Shown here: positions 33,627 to 44,616 of the stretch, one piece after another
Numbering within the stretch: position 1 is the stretch's first letter
Layout of the letters: each line of letters opens with the position of its first letter
IMG/VR virus record: IMGVR_UViG_3300045988_080627
DNA from: a virus
Direction: 5' to 3' (one strand)
Length of the DNA stretch: 64,000 nucleotides
The notes under the pieces: model-generated
The model's database searches: none
What the model saw: the letters and a program-made list of their open reading frames with translations, nothing else
What the model was told of the DNA's origin: nothing
Position numbers and translations under genes: made by a program

Positions 33627-34436
33627 TTAGATAACTTTAAGCATTGTAACATTCTCAGGAAGATTCTCCCAGTCTTCGTAAGAGTTAGTAAACCATACAT
33701 GGTTAAAGTTTTCTGACAAATTCTTTATACCTTTAGGATTTACCATATGAGTAACTGCAATATTTAAACGTTCTTTAGGAATACCTAGAGAATTAAATGC
33801 TTTAGCAATACCACAGAAGGTTCCTCCACCATCACATAAATCATCAAGAATTAATAGAGGTTTATCACTAATTGCTTCAGAATTATCTATCTTAATTTCT
33901 AAAATCTTTCCTGTAGTTAAATCTCTAACCTTACTACAAGTAAGTGCAGTTCCAACATACTGATAATCATATCTTTCTTTAGCTCCTGCATCCGGAAGAA
34001 CCATTTGATAGCCATGCCATACAGTATTTGAAGGGCTGCCTTCTATGTATAATTCAGTAAATTTTCCTCCAAATCTATAATCATAATAAACATCAGAATG
34101 AGGTTCTAAGATTTCAATATTGTCTGCATTACAATTTTTTAATGAGTTTAAGACTATTTTTAGAGTAAAAGGTCTATTAAAATTCATTACTCTATCCATC
34201 CTCATACCCATTAAATAATAGATACTTAATACATACGAAACTTCATGTCTGTCAAGAATATCTAAAACTTGCATAAGTATGAATAAATCTTCAGCATTAG
34301 TAATTCTACACTTTACTTGTATTTGTTCCTTATGACTGAAGTCTCCTAATGAAATTTGAACTTCTCCATCAGGAAACCTAGAGATAGAATATTTAATATC
34401 ACTATCTTCTAGGTGTACTAAATTTAATTGTTGCAT
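33627..34436 (-). CDS. prs: ribose-phosphate pyrophosphokinase (PRPP synthetase)-like
   Basis: The N-terminal region SRFPDGEVQISLGD resembles Prs FsDGEv. PRPP-binding loop LLILDDLCDGGGTF is present. Confidence 0.55.
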   Translation of the reverse strand: MQQLNLVHLEDSDIKYSISRFPDGEVQISLGDFSHKEQIQVKCRITNAEDLFILMQVLDILDRHEVSYVLSIYYLMGMRMDRVMNFNRPFTLKIVLNSLKNCNADNIEILEPHSDVYYDYRFGGKFTELYIEGSPSNTVWHGYQMVLPDAGAKERYDYQYVGTALTCSKVRDLTTGKILEIKIDNSEAISDKPLLILDDLCDGGGTFCGIAKAFNSLGIPKERLNIAVTHMVNPKGIKNLSENFNHVWFTNSYEDWENLPENVTMLKVI

Positions 34437-35701
34437 AATCTACAATTTGTTTTAAAATGTTATAATTCTGATAATTTATTTATATAAATATTCGAATATT
34501 TCTTTCCAAGTTTCTGCATTATACTATAGAAGCTTCTTCTAAAACTACTATCTTTCATACATAATATCTTTATATTAGAAATTAAATCTTCTGATATACG
34601 TGCTTCAGAGTATTCTTTAGACACTATTTCAGAAGATCTAATTAATTCTACTAATAAAGATACTTGGCTAGCTTTTTGATAATTCATAAGCAAGAATCTC
34701 TAATTGCTGTATAATATCCTAAGATAAAAAAGTCTTTACATTTTTTTAACTCTTTATTAGACATTAATAGATATATAGGAGATTCTGCAATTAATGATTT
34801 CCAAGCGTTATTTGCTCTTATCTCAATTATATCTGTATTCATAGTCCTTCTTTTTCTAAAGAATTCCAATAATCTGCTTCTAGATCATTCCAATAATCAT
34901 CTAGATCATTTATAATATTTGTTAGATCTTCCATCAGTTATACAATATAAAATTAACCATATAATAAGAAGTATAATTATAAGTCCTATTCCTATTAAGA
35001 GTGGACTAAAAACAATCCACCATGAAATATCTGAATGTAGAAGAACTTTAGCTATTAATAAAATTAGGAAAGATCCTGAAATAAGTGAAGTTCCACATCC
35101 AAAATCAATTTTTACTTTTTCATTTGACATTGTCTAATAAAGATTTTATATAATCAATAGATTCCTTCACAGATAGACAGCCTCCGCTCTTTAATATAAT
35201 ATAAGAGCTTTCACCAACTTCTTCTACTAAGGAAATATTATCTACGGCTATTAAATATCTTCTATTAATATTATCATTGTCTAATGTTAAATCAATAAAC
35301 ACGTTTAATCATATTAATAATTTTCTACTAGTAATCATCTGCGTTATGATAAGTAAGATAATATAATACTATAAAGATTTAATCCTAGTACAAATTGTTT
35401 CTATAGCATTATTAAACTCTTGCTTATTACTATCTAAAATAGTTTCTCTTAAAAACCCTAAATATGAAGTACTACGACTAGTAATAGAAGGTAATTTAAG
35501 ATTTACCACAATACATTTATTACCTTCTACTCTAATTCGTAATGCTCCACACTTTTTATACTTAACCATTTAAATTTATAAATATTAGTAATGCTAATAC
35601 AAAAATAGGGATTAATAAGATTAACTTACTAGTCCCTTTCTTTTTACCATCAAAGGCTTCTACGATTTCTTTTAATGTCATTTGTTCATTATATAATTAA
35701 T

Positions 35702-36085
35702 TTATTTAAGAATCTTAACTTTTACATTTTTAATACTAATTCTCTTAGAGTCTTTTGGATGAATGAGTATATCAATACGATGCTTATGTCTTTTATTCAT
35801 AATATCTCTGACTTCATATACTCCAAATCCCTCTATAAATACTTTCTTAGGTTTATTCTTTGGAAATAAATAAAGTAAATCACGAGAAACTGCACACCAT
35901 TTAATTTTACCTCTTTTTAAATGATGTAAATTAATTTTAGAACCATCAGCTGTAATTAATGGTTCACTATTGCATTGACTCTTTACTGGCTGATAACAAG
36001 TAAGAGTTACGTGAGTTATTGTTTGAGCAACACTTTTAGTGCATAAAAAACATAATAATATTAATATAAATTTAAATCTTTTCAT
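35702..36085 (-). CDS. secreted 3D-domain (MltA-like) cell-wall-binding/hydrolase protein
   Basis: Signal peptide, then TCYQP...ITADGSKI...WCAVSRDLL...GFGVYEVRDIM...IDIL, matching the 3D-domain pattern. Confidence 0.45.
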   Translation of the reverse strand: MKRFKFILILLCFLCTKSVAQTITHVTLTCYQPVKSQCNSEPLITADGSKINLHHLKRGKIKWCAVSRDLLYLFPKNKPKKVFIEGFGVYEVRDIMNKRHKHRIDILIHPKDSKRISIKNVKVKILK

Positions 36086-36933
36086 AATATATAAAATTTT
36101 TAAAATGTATACAAACGAAAAAAGTCGAGCTTATTGCCCGACCAAACATCAGTAAGTACCCCTTTGGTACTTACAAAGTAACTAATAAGATTAAATAATT
36201 GGAGGCATGTATAATCTAGAATATTGAGTAACATACCAAATCCAACCCTTCTTAAATGCTTTTAAAGTTCTTTTTAAAATTTTCATCATAATAAATCAAA
36301 TTTAAAGTTTAACTTATAAAATATCTAGGAGGAGAGTTTTAAAAAATTAAGAACCCCAGGGAAATCTCCCTGTTAAAGACAATCTTATGGTCTTTATTTT
36401 TATTATTTAGGATTCTGTAGGAATGCAAAAAACATCGAACCATTCCAGTTCGTAGGTTCTACGACACCTAATAGGCGAGTGTGCATCGTTGAGAGGCACC
36501 CTATAAGTTACGTTGCTCCTGTAGCTAGCGTTCTAGAGCTTTGTTATAGTGTGGGATGTGCGCCTTTAGCTACACTAATCCTGCATTATTTATAAGATAT
36601 CTTTCCAACGCATGAAGAATAAGAAATTTTTTTATTATTATCTTCTAATATATAATAATAATCCTCAAATGTTTCTTGAATACCTTTAAAAACATATTCT
36701 TTATCCATCCACATAACAGGTTTTTCCTACATTAAGTAGTTCTTCTTTTACCCATTTTGGAGCATCCTTAGGAACATCATCTACAGAATAATAATTTCCT
36801 ATTACTTCATACATTAATTTATTTATTAATTGTTGGAAAGTCTGCATTAAAATAGGAACATCTTCAGTTTATACTTTAATGTTTCTAAATTGTCTGTATC
36901 AATAGTTATTTTCATAAATATTTAATTTAATAG

Positions 36934-37017
36934 TGGAGCGTAGGAGATTCGAACTCCCGAAGCTAAATAGCAGCTGATTTACAGTCAGCCGTGTTTGACC
37001 ACTTCACATACTAGACA
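36934..37017 (-). tRNA. type II tRNA-Tyr(GUA)-like gene with non-pairing acceptor stem
   Basis: Anticodon arm gctga-ctGTAaa-tcagc, long variable arm, and T arm gggagTTCGAATctcct. The 5' strand tgtctag does not pair with the 3' strand acgctcc, so this is a pseudogene or unusual tRNA. Confidence 0.4.
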
Positions 37018-37032
37018 ATAATTTTTTATGAG

Positions 37033-37105
37033 TTGCAGAGTGTTGGAATCGAACCAACGACCTCCAGCTTATGAAACTGGCGAGCTACCACTGCTCCAAC
37101 CTGCG
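37033..37105 (-). tRNA. tRNA-Met(CAU), initiator-like (C1xA72, A73) with 1-nt acceptor bulge
   Basis: D arm TGGAGCAGTGGTAGCTCG and anticodon loop ttCATaa. Similar to E. coli tRNA-fMet as recalled from memory; not aligned against a database. Confidence 0.5.
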
Positions 37106-37116
37106 ATATTAAAAAG

Positions 37117-37188
37117 AGCTTCAAGTAGGATTCGGACCTACGACCTGCATTTTACAAGAATGCTGCACTACCACTGTGCTATTGAAGC
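37117..37188 (-). tRNA. tRNA-Thr(UGU)
   Basis: Perfect acceptor gcttcaa/ttgaagc, anticodon loop ctTGTaa, T loop tccgaat. Confidence 0.75.
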
Positions 37189-37332
37189 TTAAATAAAAGC
37201 GAATATGGCATTAGACGGGCAAACTATCGTGACCATATTCTAATAATACATTGAGCTATCAGGCATACTCGTGGATTGCCCCTCTACCTCTAACAACTTC
37301 CTAGTTAACAGCTAGGTGCTCTCCATTATTTG

Positions 37333-37409
37333 CGGAATATAAGGGACTCGAACCCTTAGTTTTACTAGAGTGACAGTCTAGTTCCCTTACCAACAGGGCT
37401 TAATACTCC
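37333..37409 (-). tRNA. tRNA-Asp(GUC)
   Basis: Acceptor ggagtat/atattcc with one G-U pair, anticodon stem ctaga/tctag, loop ctGTCac. Confidence 0.6.
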
Positions 37410-37412
37410 GTG

Positions 37413-37493
37413 CGCCTAGACTAGGATTCGAACCTAGGAACCTTTCGGGGCAAGTTAACAGCTTGCTGCCGTTGACCACTTGGCTATCTAGAC
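37413..37493 (-). tRNA. type II-like tRNA with anticodon GUU (Tyr-like body; Asn anticodon)
   Basis: The D arm resembles the Tyr-like gene. Anticodon stem gcaag/cttgc, loop ctGTTaa, and a 12-nt variable region. The same anticodon hairpin recurs at about 37298-37318 without a tRNA body. Confidence 0.4.
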
Positions 37494-37738
37494 GAAAACT
37501 CCTGATTAATCAGGAGTTGAATCAACTTCAATAGTGTTATAAACTACTGTAGTATCAACATTAATAGAATCATTTGAAGTTGAATTTATTGAATTATTTG
37601 AACCAATAGAACAACTCAAGAGTGTAAATAATACACTAAGTACAAGTAATTTCTTCATTTTTTTATTTTTTTATTGTATTAACTATTATAATCTAAATTT
37701 TATTATTTAAAATATAATTTTAATAAAATTTAAAAATG

Positions 37739-37764
37739 AACCGAGAACTTCCCAATTCTCGGTT
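37739..37764 (-). terminator. rho-independent terminator (minus strand)
   Basis: Hairpin aaccgagaa-cttcccaa-ttctcggtt followed on the minus strand by a T-rich tract. Confidence 0.5.
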
Positions 37765-38169
37765 CTGTGTACTAAGGTAAGTACGACCCTTCCAATTTCA
37801 TGTTGAAATCTTCAAAAAAGTCAGTATATTTATAGATATATACATCTGGGAATCAGGTTAATCGTGAAATTCGTAACTATAACAGTCCTAACCAGTTTGT
37901 GGTATAAATATAATTTAATTATAAAATTAAAAAAGTTAATTTTTGTTTACTTTATTATTTTTAATTAAATTATTTATTTCTGTTTCTGTGAGTTCTATTT
38001 TGTAATCTCCATAACTTAAAGAGTAATTAAAATCAAATAAATAGACAAATTTCTTATCTATATATTGAGCACATTGTGGAATTACACTAATATTAGTAAC
38101 TGTAAATTCAATATTGTCTAAGACAATTCTTTCATATAATTTAAATTTGCTAGTCATATTAAAACAAAA

Positions 38170-38196
38170 GAGGGAACTCCCCAGTAGAGTTCCCTC
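38170..38196 (-). terminator. rho-independent terminator (minus strand)
   Basis: Perfect 10-bp stem gagggaactc/gagttccctc followed on the minus strand by cttttgtttt. Confidence 0.55.
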
Positions 38197-38703
38197 AAAG
38201 ATTGAGTTTCCTTTTAATTATCACGACTATAATTTACGTTTCACAACGTTCAATAAGTATTCCTTATTACTAAGGTTATTATAGTTGTGAATTTTTTTTC
38301 TAAAAATAAAATCTTAAGAATTTTAATTCTGAATCATAGCACGAAGTTCTTCAATAGATTTGTTTTCAAGAGCTTCATCCTCTTTCTTTGCAATAAGCTT
38401 AGCAATACGTTTGTTACGAGCATCAATTTGGGCTTTATTAATATTGTCCTTACGAGCCTTTAATTTAACGTTAATTACATCTTTTACAATATTGAAACGA
38501 AGTTCGTCATCATTTTCTTCAGCTGGAAGCTCTTCAATGAAAGATTTCTTAGGAGCTTCACTAATTTTCTTATCTAGCATAATAGCTAAAGTGTTAAGAT
38601 TCTGCAGAGATAAGTCGAACAAATCTTCTGTAGTAATCATACCCTTGTTTGTCTTAAAACGTAATTTCTTCTGTAATGCTTCTTTGTACATAGTTATTAA
38701 TTA

Positions 38704-40737
38704 TTAAATGTTTACTTTATAAATTTTACCTGAATCTACTCTAACCATAAATGAGTTACGAGAAGTGGCAATAAATCCTAGACCACTCATCTGATTATCA
38801 TTATAAGGAGTTAAAGATTTAGATGCTAATACTTCAAACACTCTCTTATGATTCTTAGTGAGTTCATCTTTAAGATATTCATTAAAATATCCACGAACAG
38901 CGTCTGGATTCTTGCAATTCTTTAACATAAAAAAGTAATGCTTAGCACCTACTTTATTATTTCCCCAATAATTTGGAGATAAACATATCGCAGACACTTC
39001 AACAAAGTTTTGAGTTTTTACTCCCCAAATTTCTTTAGATGCTGTAGTATTACTTAAATGCTCTTTAGTGAAGACAACCTTATATCCGTCAGAAGTAAAG
39101 TCTAATACTGGAACATTAGCTCTATCAGGAACATCCTTATCATACACATAAGTATGAACAACTCCATTGAGTTCTACCTCTACTTCAAATCCTAAATCAA
39201 TATTCTCAATTTTAACAAAGTTGTTAACAAATACTTCATATTTACCTGCTTCAGGAACTCCTGAGAAAATAATATTTTCTACAGCATTACGAGAATATCT
39301 TTTAGGATTAGCACGCTCTTCGGAAGCGCTACCTCCACTGGCATTCATATCTACATCAAGGAGACCTGCTTTATTACCATAATAAACATGCCCATAAGGA
39401 CTCTTCATATGTAAATCTAAATCATCGTAATTGTACCAGTGGAGAGAGATTCGCATATAACCATCTACTTTACCTCCAACCTCTTTAACACGTTGTTTAA
39501 TAGCATCAGAGATATTACCATTGTATGCCCAAGCAAAACCATTATTCCATTTAAACATAGAAGGAGCTTCTTTATTAACTGGGGCAGTAAGAGTTACTAA
39601 ATTATTATTTAACTTATTGTCAAAGAATAATTCAAGCTTACTAGCCTTAGAAACAATATTATTAAAGAACTCTTCCATAGTTGTCGGAATAGCAGTTTTC
39701 TCAAAGTCTGTAGCAGCTTTGCTAGTATTAGAAGTTTCGTTCATAAGAGAATCAAATCCTCCTAACATTCTCTTACGAGTTTCTCTATTTACAAAGATAA
39801 CATCTTCAACAGATATATCTTCTACTTGAGCATGACGTCTCTCTAAAGAATCTTCATAACCAAGTTCTACTACAGTTTTATAAGCATTTTCTACCTGAGT
39901 TTTAGTAATAATACCTTTAGGTCTCTTATAATTATAAGGAGCAACCATAGCTTCAAACTTCTTAACTGAACTTTCAACATTGTTAGTATCAGTTATATCT
40001 TTAAGAAGCTGACCTATAGCACTATTAAGTATATGTGTTACAGCATCAGGAAGTACACAAGAAGATATCCAAGCATAATTATCTAACTCAAAGCCTTCTA
40101 AATGCTTATTCTCTACTGTATCAAGAGCAGTCTTTAAAGCACTTACTTGACGCAGATAAGTGTCACCTCTATAGAGATTATCATCTGCAATTAAGTCTAA
40201 TACTGTTTGTACAGAATCATAATTAATTTCAGATAAAGTTCTTATCCATACATCATGTGTAGATTTAGCGCCTGCACGGAATGTTGGAGTCTGAGATTTA
40301 TCCATAATTAAATTACTTGTAGGAGTAGCGTAGAAATGATTCCAAGTAATTATTTCTTTAGAAGGTAATATCTGCTGATTACATTTACAACCCATTGTAG
40401 TCTCTTCTGTAACAAATGCATTTCTAATTTTAGTATTTTTAAGCACTTGTAACATATTGTCTACAACTTTAGCAAACATTCCCTCAGCGTGAACATCCTC
40501 CCAATAAGAATGTATTTTATAATTCTCATCTACAGAGACTAATGCTCCATAGCGAGTAATGAAATGTTTACAATTTACACAGTTAAATTCTTGACGTACG
40601 GCTCCTTCAGGGAAAGATTCCATATAAGCCATCCCTAAAAATTCTTTTTGAGTGTCAAGAATAAAGAGATGCTTGTTCTCTCTAATCATCTTATTACATG
40701 CTTCTGTAACAAGATTTCTAAAATCTAAGTATTCCAT
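38704..40737 (-). CDS. large hypothetical protein (677 aa)
   Basis: Long uninterrupted ORF with no motif I can assign confidently. Confidence 0.3.
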   Translation of the reverse strand: MEYLDFRNLVTEACNKMIRENKHLFILDTQKEFLGMAYMESFPEGAVRQEFNCVNCKHFITRYGALVSVDENYKIHSYWEDVHAEGMFAKVVDNMLQVLKNTKIRNAFVTEETTMGCKCNQQILPSKEIITWNHFYATPTSNLIMDKSQTPTFRAGAKSTHDVWIRTLSEINYDSVQTVLDLIADDNLYRGDTYLRQVSALKTALDTVENKHLEGFELDNYAWISSCVLPDAVTHILNSAIGQLLKDITDTNNVESSVKKFEAMVAPYNYKRPKGIITKTQVENAYKTVVELGYEDSLERRHAQVEDISVEDVIFVNRETRKRMLGGFDSLMNETSNTSKAATDFEKTAIPTTMEEFFNNIVSKASKLELFFDNKLNNNLVTLTAPVNKEAPSMFKWNNGFAWAYNGNISDAIKQRVKEVGGKVDGYMRISLHWYNYDDLDLHMKSPYGHVYYGNKAGLLDVDMNASGGSASEERANPKRYSRNAVENIIFSGVPEAGKYEVFVNNFVKIENIDLGFEVEVELNGVVHTYVYDKDVPDRANVPVLDFTSDGYKVVFTKEHLSNTTASKEIWGVKTQNFVEVSAICLSPNYWGNNKVGAKHYFFMLKNCKNPDAVRGYFNEYLKDELTKNHKRVFEVLASKSLTPYNDNQMSGLGFIATSRNSFMVRVDSGKIYKVNI

Positions 40738-40759
40738 AAAATTTTTAAAAGTTAGAAAA

Positions 40760-40779
40760 AGAGGGAGATTCCTCCCTCT
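40760..40779 (-). terminator. rho-independent terminator downstream of SPFH gene
   Basis: Hairpin agagggag-attc-ctccctct followed on the minus strand by ttttctaactttt. Confidence 0.55.
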
Positions 40780-40793
40780 GTGATACTTAATGT

Positions 40794-42347
40794 TTATACA
40801 TTTACATTGGTGTTCTCTATGTCGCCGTTAACGTTAACATTCTTGTTAACCTTAGCTTCAATAGTGTTAGCCTTCATAATGTCTGCCATATCTACACCTG
40901 TAGCATCTTTTACAATGTCACGAGTCTGTTTAATAATAGCAGGTACATTACCAGAAATACCAGAAGCCTCAGAACCATTAGTTCCATAAACTGTCATATT
41001 ACCAATCTTACTCATAGGCTCGGCAATATACTTAGCCATATCAGGAAGAACTTTCTCATTAAGTTTAGAAAGCATGTCAATTACAGCAATAGAGCCATAC
41101 TTATTATATGCTTCAGCCTTTTTCTGCATAGCTTCAGCTTCTGCAAGACCTTTAGCTCGTACACCTTCAGCTTCAGCTAAAAGTTTAGCCTTAGTACCTT
41201 CAGCTTCAGCAGTCAAAGTCTGCTGAGTAGCATATGCTTCAGCTTCACCTTTAGCACGAATACCTGCTGCTTCCTGCTCCTGAGAATAACGATTAGCTTC
41301 AGCTTTAGCTTTTACAGCCTTAGCAGTTTGCTCTGCTTTATACGCCTCAGCTTCAGCCTCACGCTTTTGTTTTTCCAAAGCAGCCTGAGCATCAATCTCT
41401 GTCTGATACTTATCAGCATCAGCCTTAGCATTTACATCTGCAAGATACTCATTCTGCTTAATCTTAATCTTCTCCTCAGACAAGGTCTGCTCTTTACGAG
41501 TCTTTTCAATATCAGCATCTACAGTTTTGGTATTAATAGTTTTCTGCTGCTCCTGCTGCTGAATTTTATATGCAGCATCAGATTCAGCCTTTTTAATATC
41601 AGACAATCTCTTCAGTTCAGCTCTCTTAATAGCCAACTCATTATTACGTTCAGCAATAATGGTATCAGCCTTTACTCTGGCTTCATTAGCTTCATTATCA
41701 GCCTCAGCCTGAGCCTTAGCTACATCTCTATCAGCATTAGCACGTGTAATCTTAGCATTCTTCTGAATAGCTGCTGTATTATCAGCACCCAAATCACGAA
41801 TCAAGCCCTTCTCATCAGTAATATTCTGAATATTGCAAGACAAAATCTCAAGACCTAACTTAGCCATATCAGGAGCTGCTTTTTTCTGAATTTCATCAGA
41901 GAATGCGTCTCTATCAGTATTAATTTTAATCAAGTCAAGAGAGCCTACTACTTCACGCATATTACCTTCCAAAGAATCTTTTACCTGAGCAGCAATCTGA
42001 ACAGGATTCATATTCAAGAAGTTCTTAGCTGCAAGTCTAGTGCCTTCTGTATCAGGTTTTACCCTAACTTTACATACGGCATCTACCATTACATCTAAGA
42101 AATCATGAGTAGGAACTGGCTGTGAAGTCTTAACATCAACTGTTACTTGACCAAGATATACTTTATCCAATCGTTCAAGTACAGGAATTTTTACTCCACC
42201 ACTACCGATAAGTACTCGTGGTTCTCTACGAAAACCTGAAAGAATGTATGCCATCGAAGGAGGAGCTTTAACATACATTGTAGCAATAATAACAAGCAGT
42301 ACAATAATAACGATTGCGATAACACCAATAAGAACTAAATGTTCCAT
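40794..42347 (-). CDS. SPFH/Band-7 (flotillin/stomatin-like) membrane protein with long Ala/Glu/Lys-rich coiled-coil tail
   Basis: N-terminal TM LVLIGVIAIVIIVLLVIIATMY, followed by an SPFH-like region and a very long AEAEA/KAK repeat-rich coiled coil. GC3-rich codon usage and a strong terminator suggest high expression. Confidence 0.55.
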   Translation of the reverse strand: MEHLVLIGVIAIVIIVLLVIIATMYVKAPPSMAYILSGFRREPRVLIGSGGVKIPVLERLDKVYLGQVTVDVKTSQPVPTHDFLDVMVDAVCKVRVKPDTEGTRLAAKNFLNMNPVQIAAQVKDSLEGNMREVVGSLDLIKINTDRDAFSDEIQKKAAPDMAKLGLEILSCNIQNITDEKGLIRDLGADNTAAIQKNAKITRANADRDVAKAQAEADNEANEARVKADTIIAERNNELAIKRAELKRLSDIKKAESDAAYKIQQQEQQKTINTKTVDADIEKTRKEQTLSEEKIKIKQNEYLADVNAKADADKYQTEIDAQAALEKQKREAEAEAYKAEQTAKAVKAKAEANRYSQEQEAAGIRAKGEAEAYATQQTLTAEAEGTKAKLLAEAEGVRAKGLAEAEAMQKKAEAYNKYGSIAVIDMLSKLNEKVLPDMAKYIAEPMSKIGNMTVYGTNGSEASGISGNVPAIIKQTRDIVKDATGVDMADIMKANTIEAKVNKNVNVNGDIENTNVNV

Positions 42348-42417
42348 AAATTTGTAAATGTTTAAATAATAAAAATTAAATATCTAAGAATTAACTGATG
42401 TTAGTTCCAAGGGGTGT

Positions 42418-43305
42418 TTATAATTTATAATTTACAAGACCTGTAGCCTTACTTGCAGAGTAACAACTATTAATTAAATATATTCTGGCATTTCCATACT
42501 CAGTCATAGTTACTAAATACTTCTCTTTAGTATTTATTATTAATATATGATCTTCTTCAAAATAGTCTCCAGGTTTCAGATACTTTAATTCTTTATCTTC
42601 TATAGTAGAACCAAAGTTATCACTAAATTTAGTATGGCATTCATTAATGAATTTTCTTTCTTCATTAGAAAGATTTTTAAAATCTTTCTTTTCTAGTTCC
42701 TTATAATCATTATAAGTTTTTAATAAGTTCTTTATATTCTCAGAAGTAAGCTCTAATTCACAATTTCTAACTTGTATTACTCTATATAAATAAGAGAACT
42801 TAGAGAACTCAATATTAAAGGTTTCTTTAATATAAGGAAGGGCTTCTACTCCATGAATATTGATTTCAGTTGCTATAGCTTTAATTAAATCTATAGTAAT
42901 AATATTCATAGAATGAGTTAACTCTATAACTTTCTCTATAGCATTTTTATTCTCTAAAATATCATTAAGAATTTCTCTAGTAATTTCTTCTGGAAGATTA
43001 TCAAAAGACTTTTTATATCTTATTCTAGAAGGTCTACCAAGAAGGTTTGAATCTACCTTTAACTCATTAGTAGTAAGTAGAAATACCCTACGATAAATAG
43101 AGTTATAAGTACCATCCATAAAAGAGAGAACATCAGAAGAATCTTCAAATTATTTCTCATATTCATCAAAGAAGAAGATACAGTTAAAATTAATAGCTGT
43201 GGATAAATATTCTATTAATTTACTATTAGTATTACCGCCCATTGATTGTACTAAGATTACAGGGAGCTGTAAATGATTACAAAGTACTTTTGCGGTAACT
43301 GTTTT
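42418..43305 (-). CDS. classical AAA ATPase, exon 2 (Walker B, sensor 1, Arg finger); contains an in-frame TAA
   Basis: Frame from 43305: KTVTAKVLCNHLQLPVILVQSMGG...NCIFFFDEYEK-TAA-FEDSSDVLSFMDGTYNSIYRRVFLLTTNE...GRPSRIRY.... The TAA at 43150..43152 lies between Walker B and sensor 1. The track ORF 42418..43119 starts at the next Met. Confidence 0.45.
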
Positions 43306-44616
43306 CAGTATTGTTATCATATAGCTTTTTATCTATATTTCTATAACTTCTTATTTGTTATAGCTCAGCGTACCTTTTTCTCCATTCAAATAATTGGGAG
43401 AGCGGGCGCTCTTGGAAGTATTATATTCTCTTATAAGAGTTTCAACTTCTACGCGTTACAGTGATGAAGATTCGTTACTATCTTCATTTACCACGGGATT
43501 AACATCACAGCCTTCCCCGTTTTCACTCGCTAATAATTCTAAACATTCCTGTTTAGAACGGCAAGTTTTAAAAATTTTATATCTTTTATATTTTCTGTCT
43601 AAATAAATGGAACTATTACTATATACTAAGTCTAAAAAATCTAAAGAATTTGTTAAAGATATATTTAATACTAGAGTATTTTCCATTCTTGGATCTTTTA
43701 CTAAAGAACTTTTTATATTAAAATTACTTAATATTGATTGTATCTTTACTAAAAATTGCTTAGTTCCTAGAAATGAAACTTTTGGTAAAATTTTAGTTCT
43801 CTAATAGTAACTTAGGCATCCATCACCATCAAAGTATCCTCTAATAAAAGGAATTTCTAATTCTTCAGAAATATTAGGAAATTGAAGAGTTAAACTTTTT
43901 CTTGGAGTACATCCTAAATTATTTAGAGTATTCCATAAGTGCTTATTAACTATTCCCCAGCGACACCTTAAAAAAGTTTTATCTTTATTCTTAACTTCCC
44001 CTAATTTGACATTATCTTTATTATGCTCCATAAACTTATTAAATTTATGTAAGTGTTCAATATCAGAGCCTTTTAAAGATAGTTCAAAACCATTATCTCT
44101 TGATGAAATATAACCATCAGCAAATATAAATCCTAACCAATAAGCTTTCTCCTCTGTATCTATAGCATCGAAGATATGCTCATTAAATTTAGTTTCATTT
44201 TGATGATTGATTATTTCAATCCCTTTAGCTTTTAATTTTCTAGACAAAGTTTGGATAGAAGTATGATACTCTTTAGCTAATTTAGATAAACTTATCCCTT
44301 GCTCATATTTAGGAATAATATCTTTATCTAGATCAAATAATAATTTGTTTTGCTTATTAACTACTTCAATCCCATTTCTTTTTAGAAATGAACTTATAGT
44401 AGAAGTAGAAATTCCAACTTCTTTACCAATCTTAGTACAGCTTAATCCATCTATTAAGTACAAAGTCTTAATTTTTTCTCCTAATTCTTCATTAATTACA
44501 AATTTCATATTCATATAGTTAAAATTAATATTACTATAATACATATGAAATTTTATTAAATCCAAATAAATATAAAATTTTTAAAAATTTAAGCTTACTG
44601 AAATTGCTTAAATTTT
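43306..44616 (-). mobile_element. intervening sequence (putative group I intron) in AAA ATPase P-loop carrying a LAGLIDADG endonuclease
   Basis: 1311 nt lie between GTG and KT of Walker A. The element ends in G at 43306 and the upstream exon ends in U. It contains ORF 43801..44565 and shares a roughly 32-nt 3' motif with the helicase intervening sequence. Core R/S elements were not found by eye. Confidence 0.45.
43801..44565 (-). CDS. LAGLIDADG homing endonuclease (two-motif) with N-terminal HTH repeats
   Basis: YWLGFIFADGYIS and FIRGYFDGDGCLS are two LAGLIDADG motifs. Repeated HTH-like segments (LSKLAKEYHTSIQTLSRKLKAKGIE) precede them. Confidence 0.7.
   Translation of the reverse strand: MDLIKFHMYYSNINFNYMNMKFVINEELGEKIKTLYLIDGLSCTKIGKEVGISTSTISSFLKRNGIEVVNKQNKLLFDLDKDIIPKYEQGISLSKLAKEYHTSIQTLSRKLKAKGIEIINHQNETKFNEHIFDAIDTEEKAYWLGFIFADGYISSRDNGFELSLKGSDIEHLHKFNKFMEHNKDNVKLGEVKNKDKTFLRCRWGIVNKHLWNTLNNLGCTPRKSLTLQFPNISEELEIPFIRGYFDGDGCLSYY

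Noticed and set aside
38704-40737. Attempted to assign the 677-aa protein to ADP-ribosyltransferase or NAMPT families
   Set aside because: No diagnostic motif could be verified by eye. Left as hypothetical.
43150-43152. Considered that the in-frame TAA in the AAA ATPase is caused by a mis-placed splice site
   Set aside because: Walker B and sensor-1 motifs flank the TAA in the same frame with normal spacing. The stop is therefore within exon 2 whatever the exact splice site. It remains either real (readthrough or pseudogene) or a base-call error.
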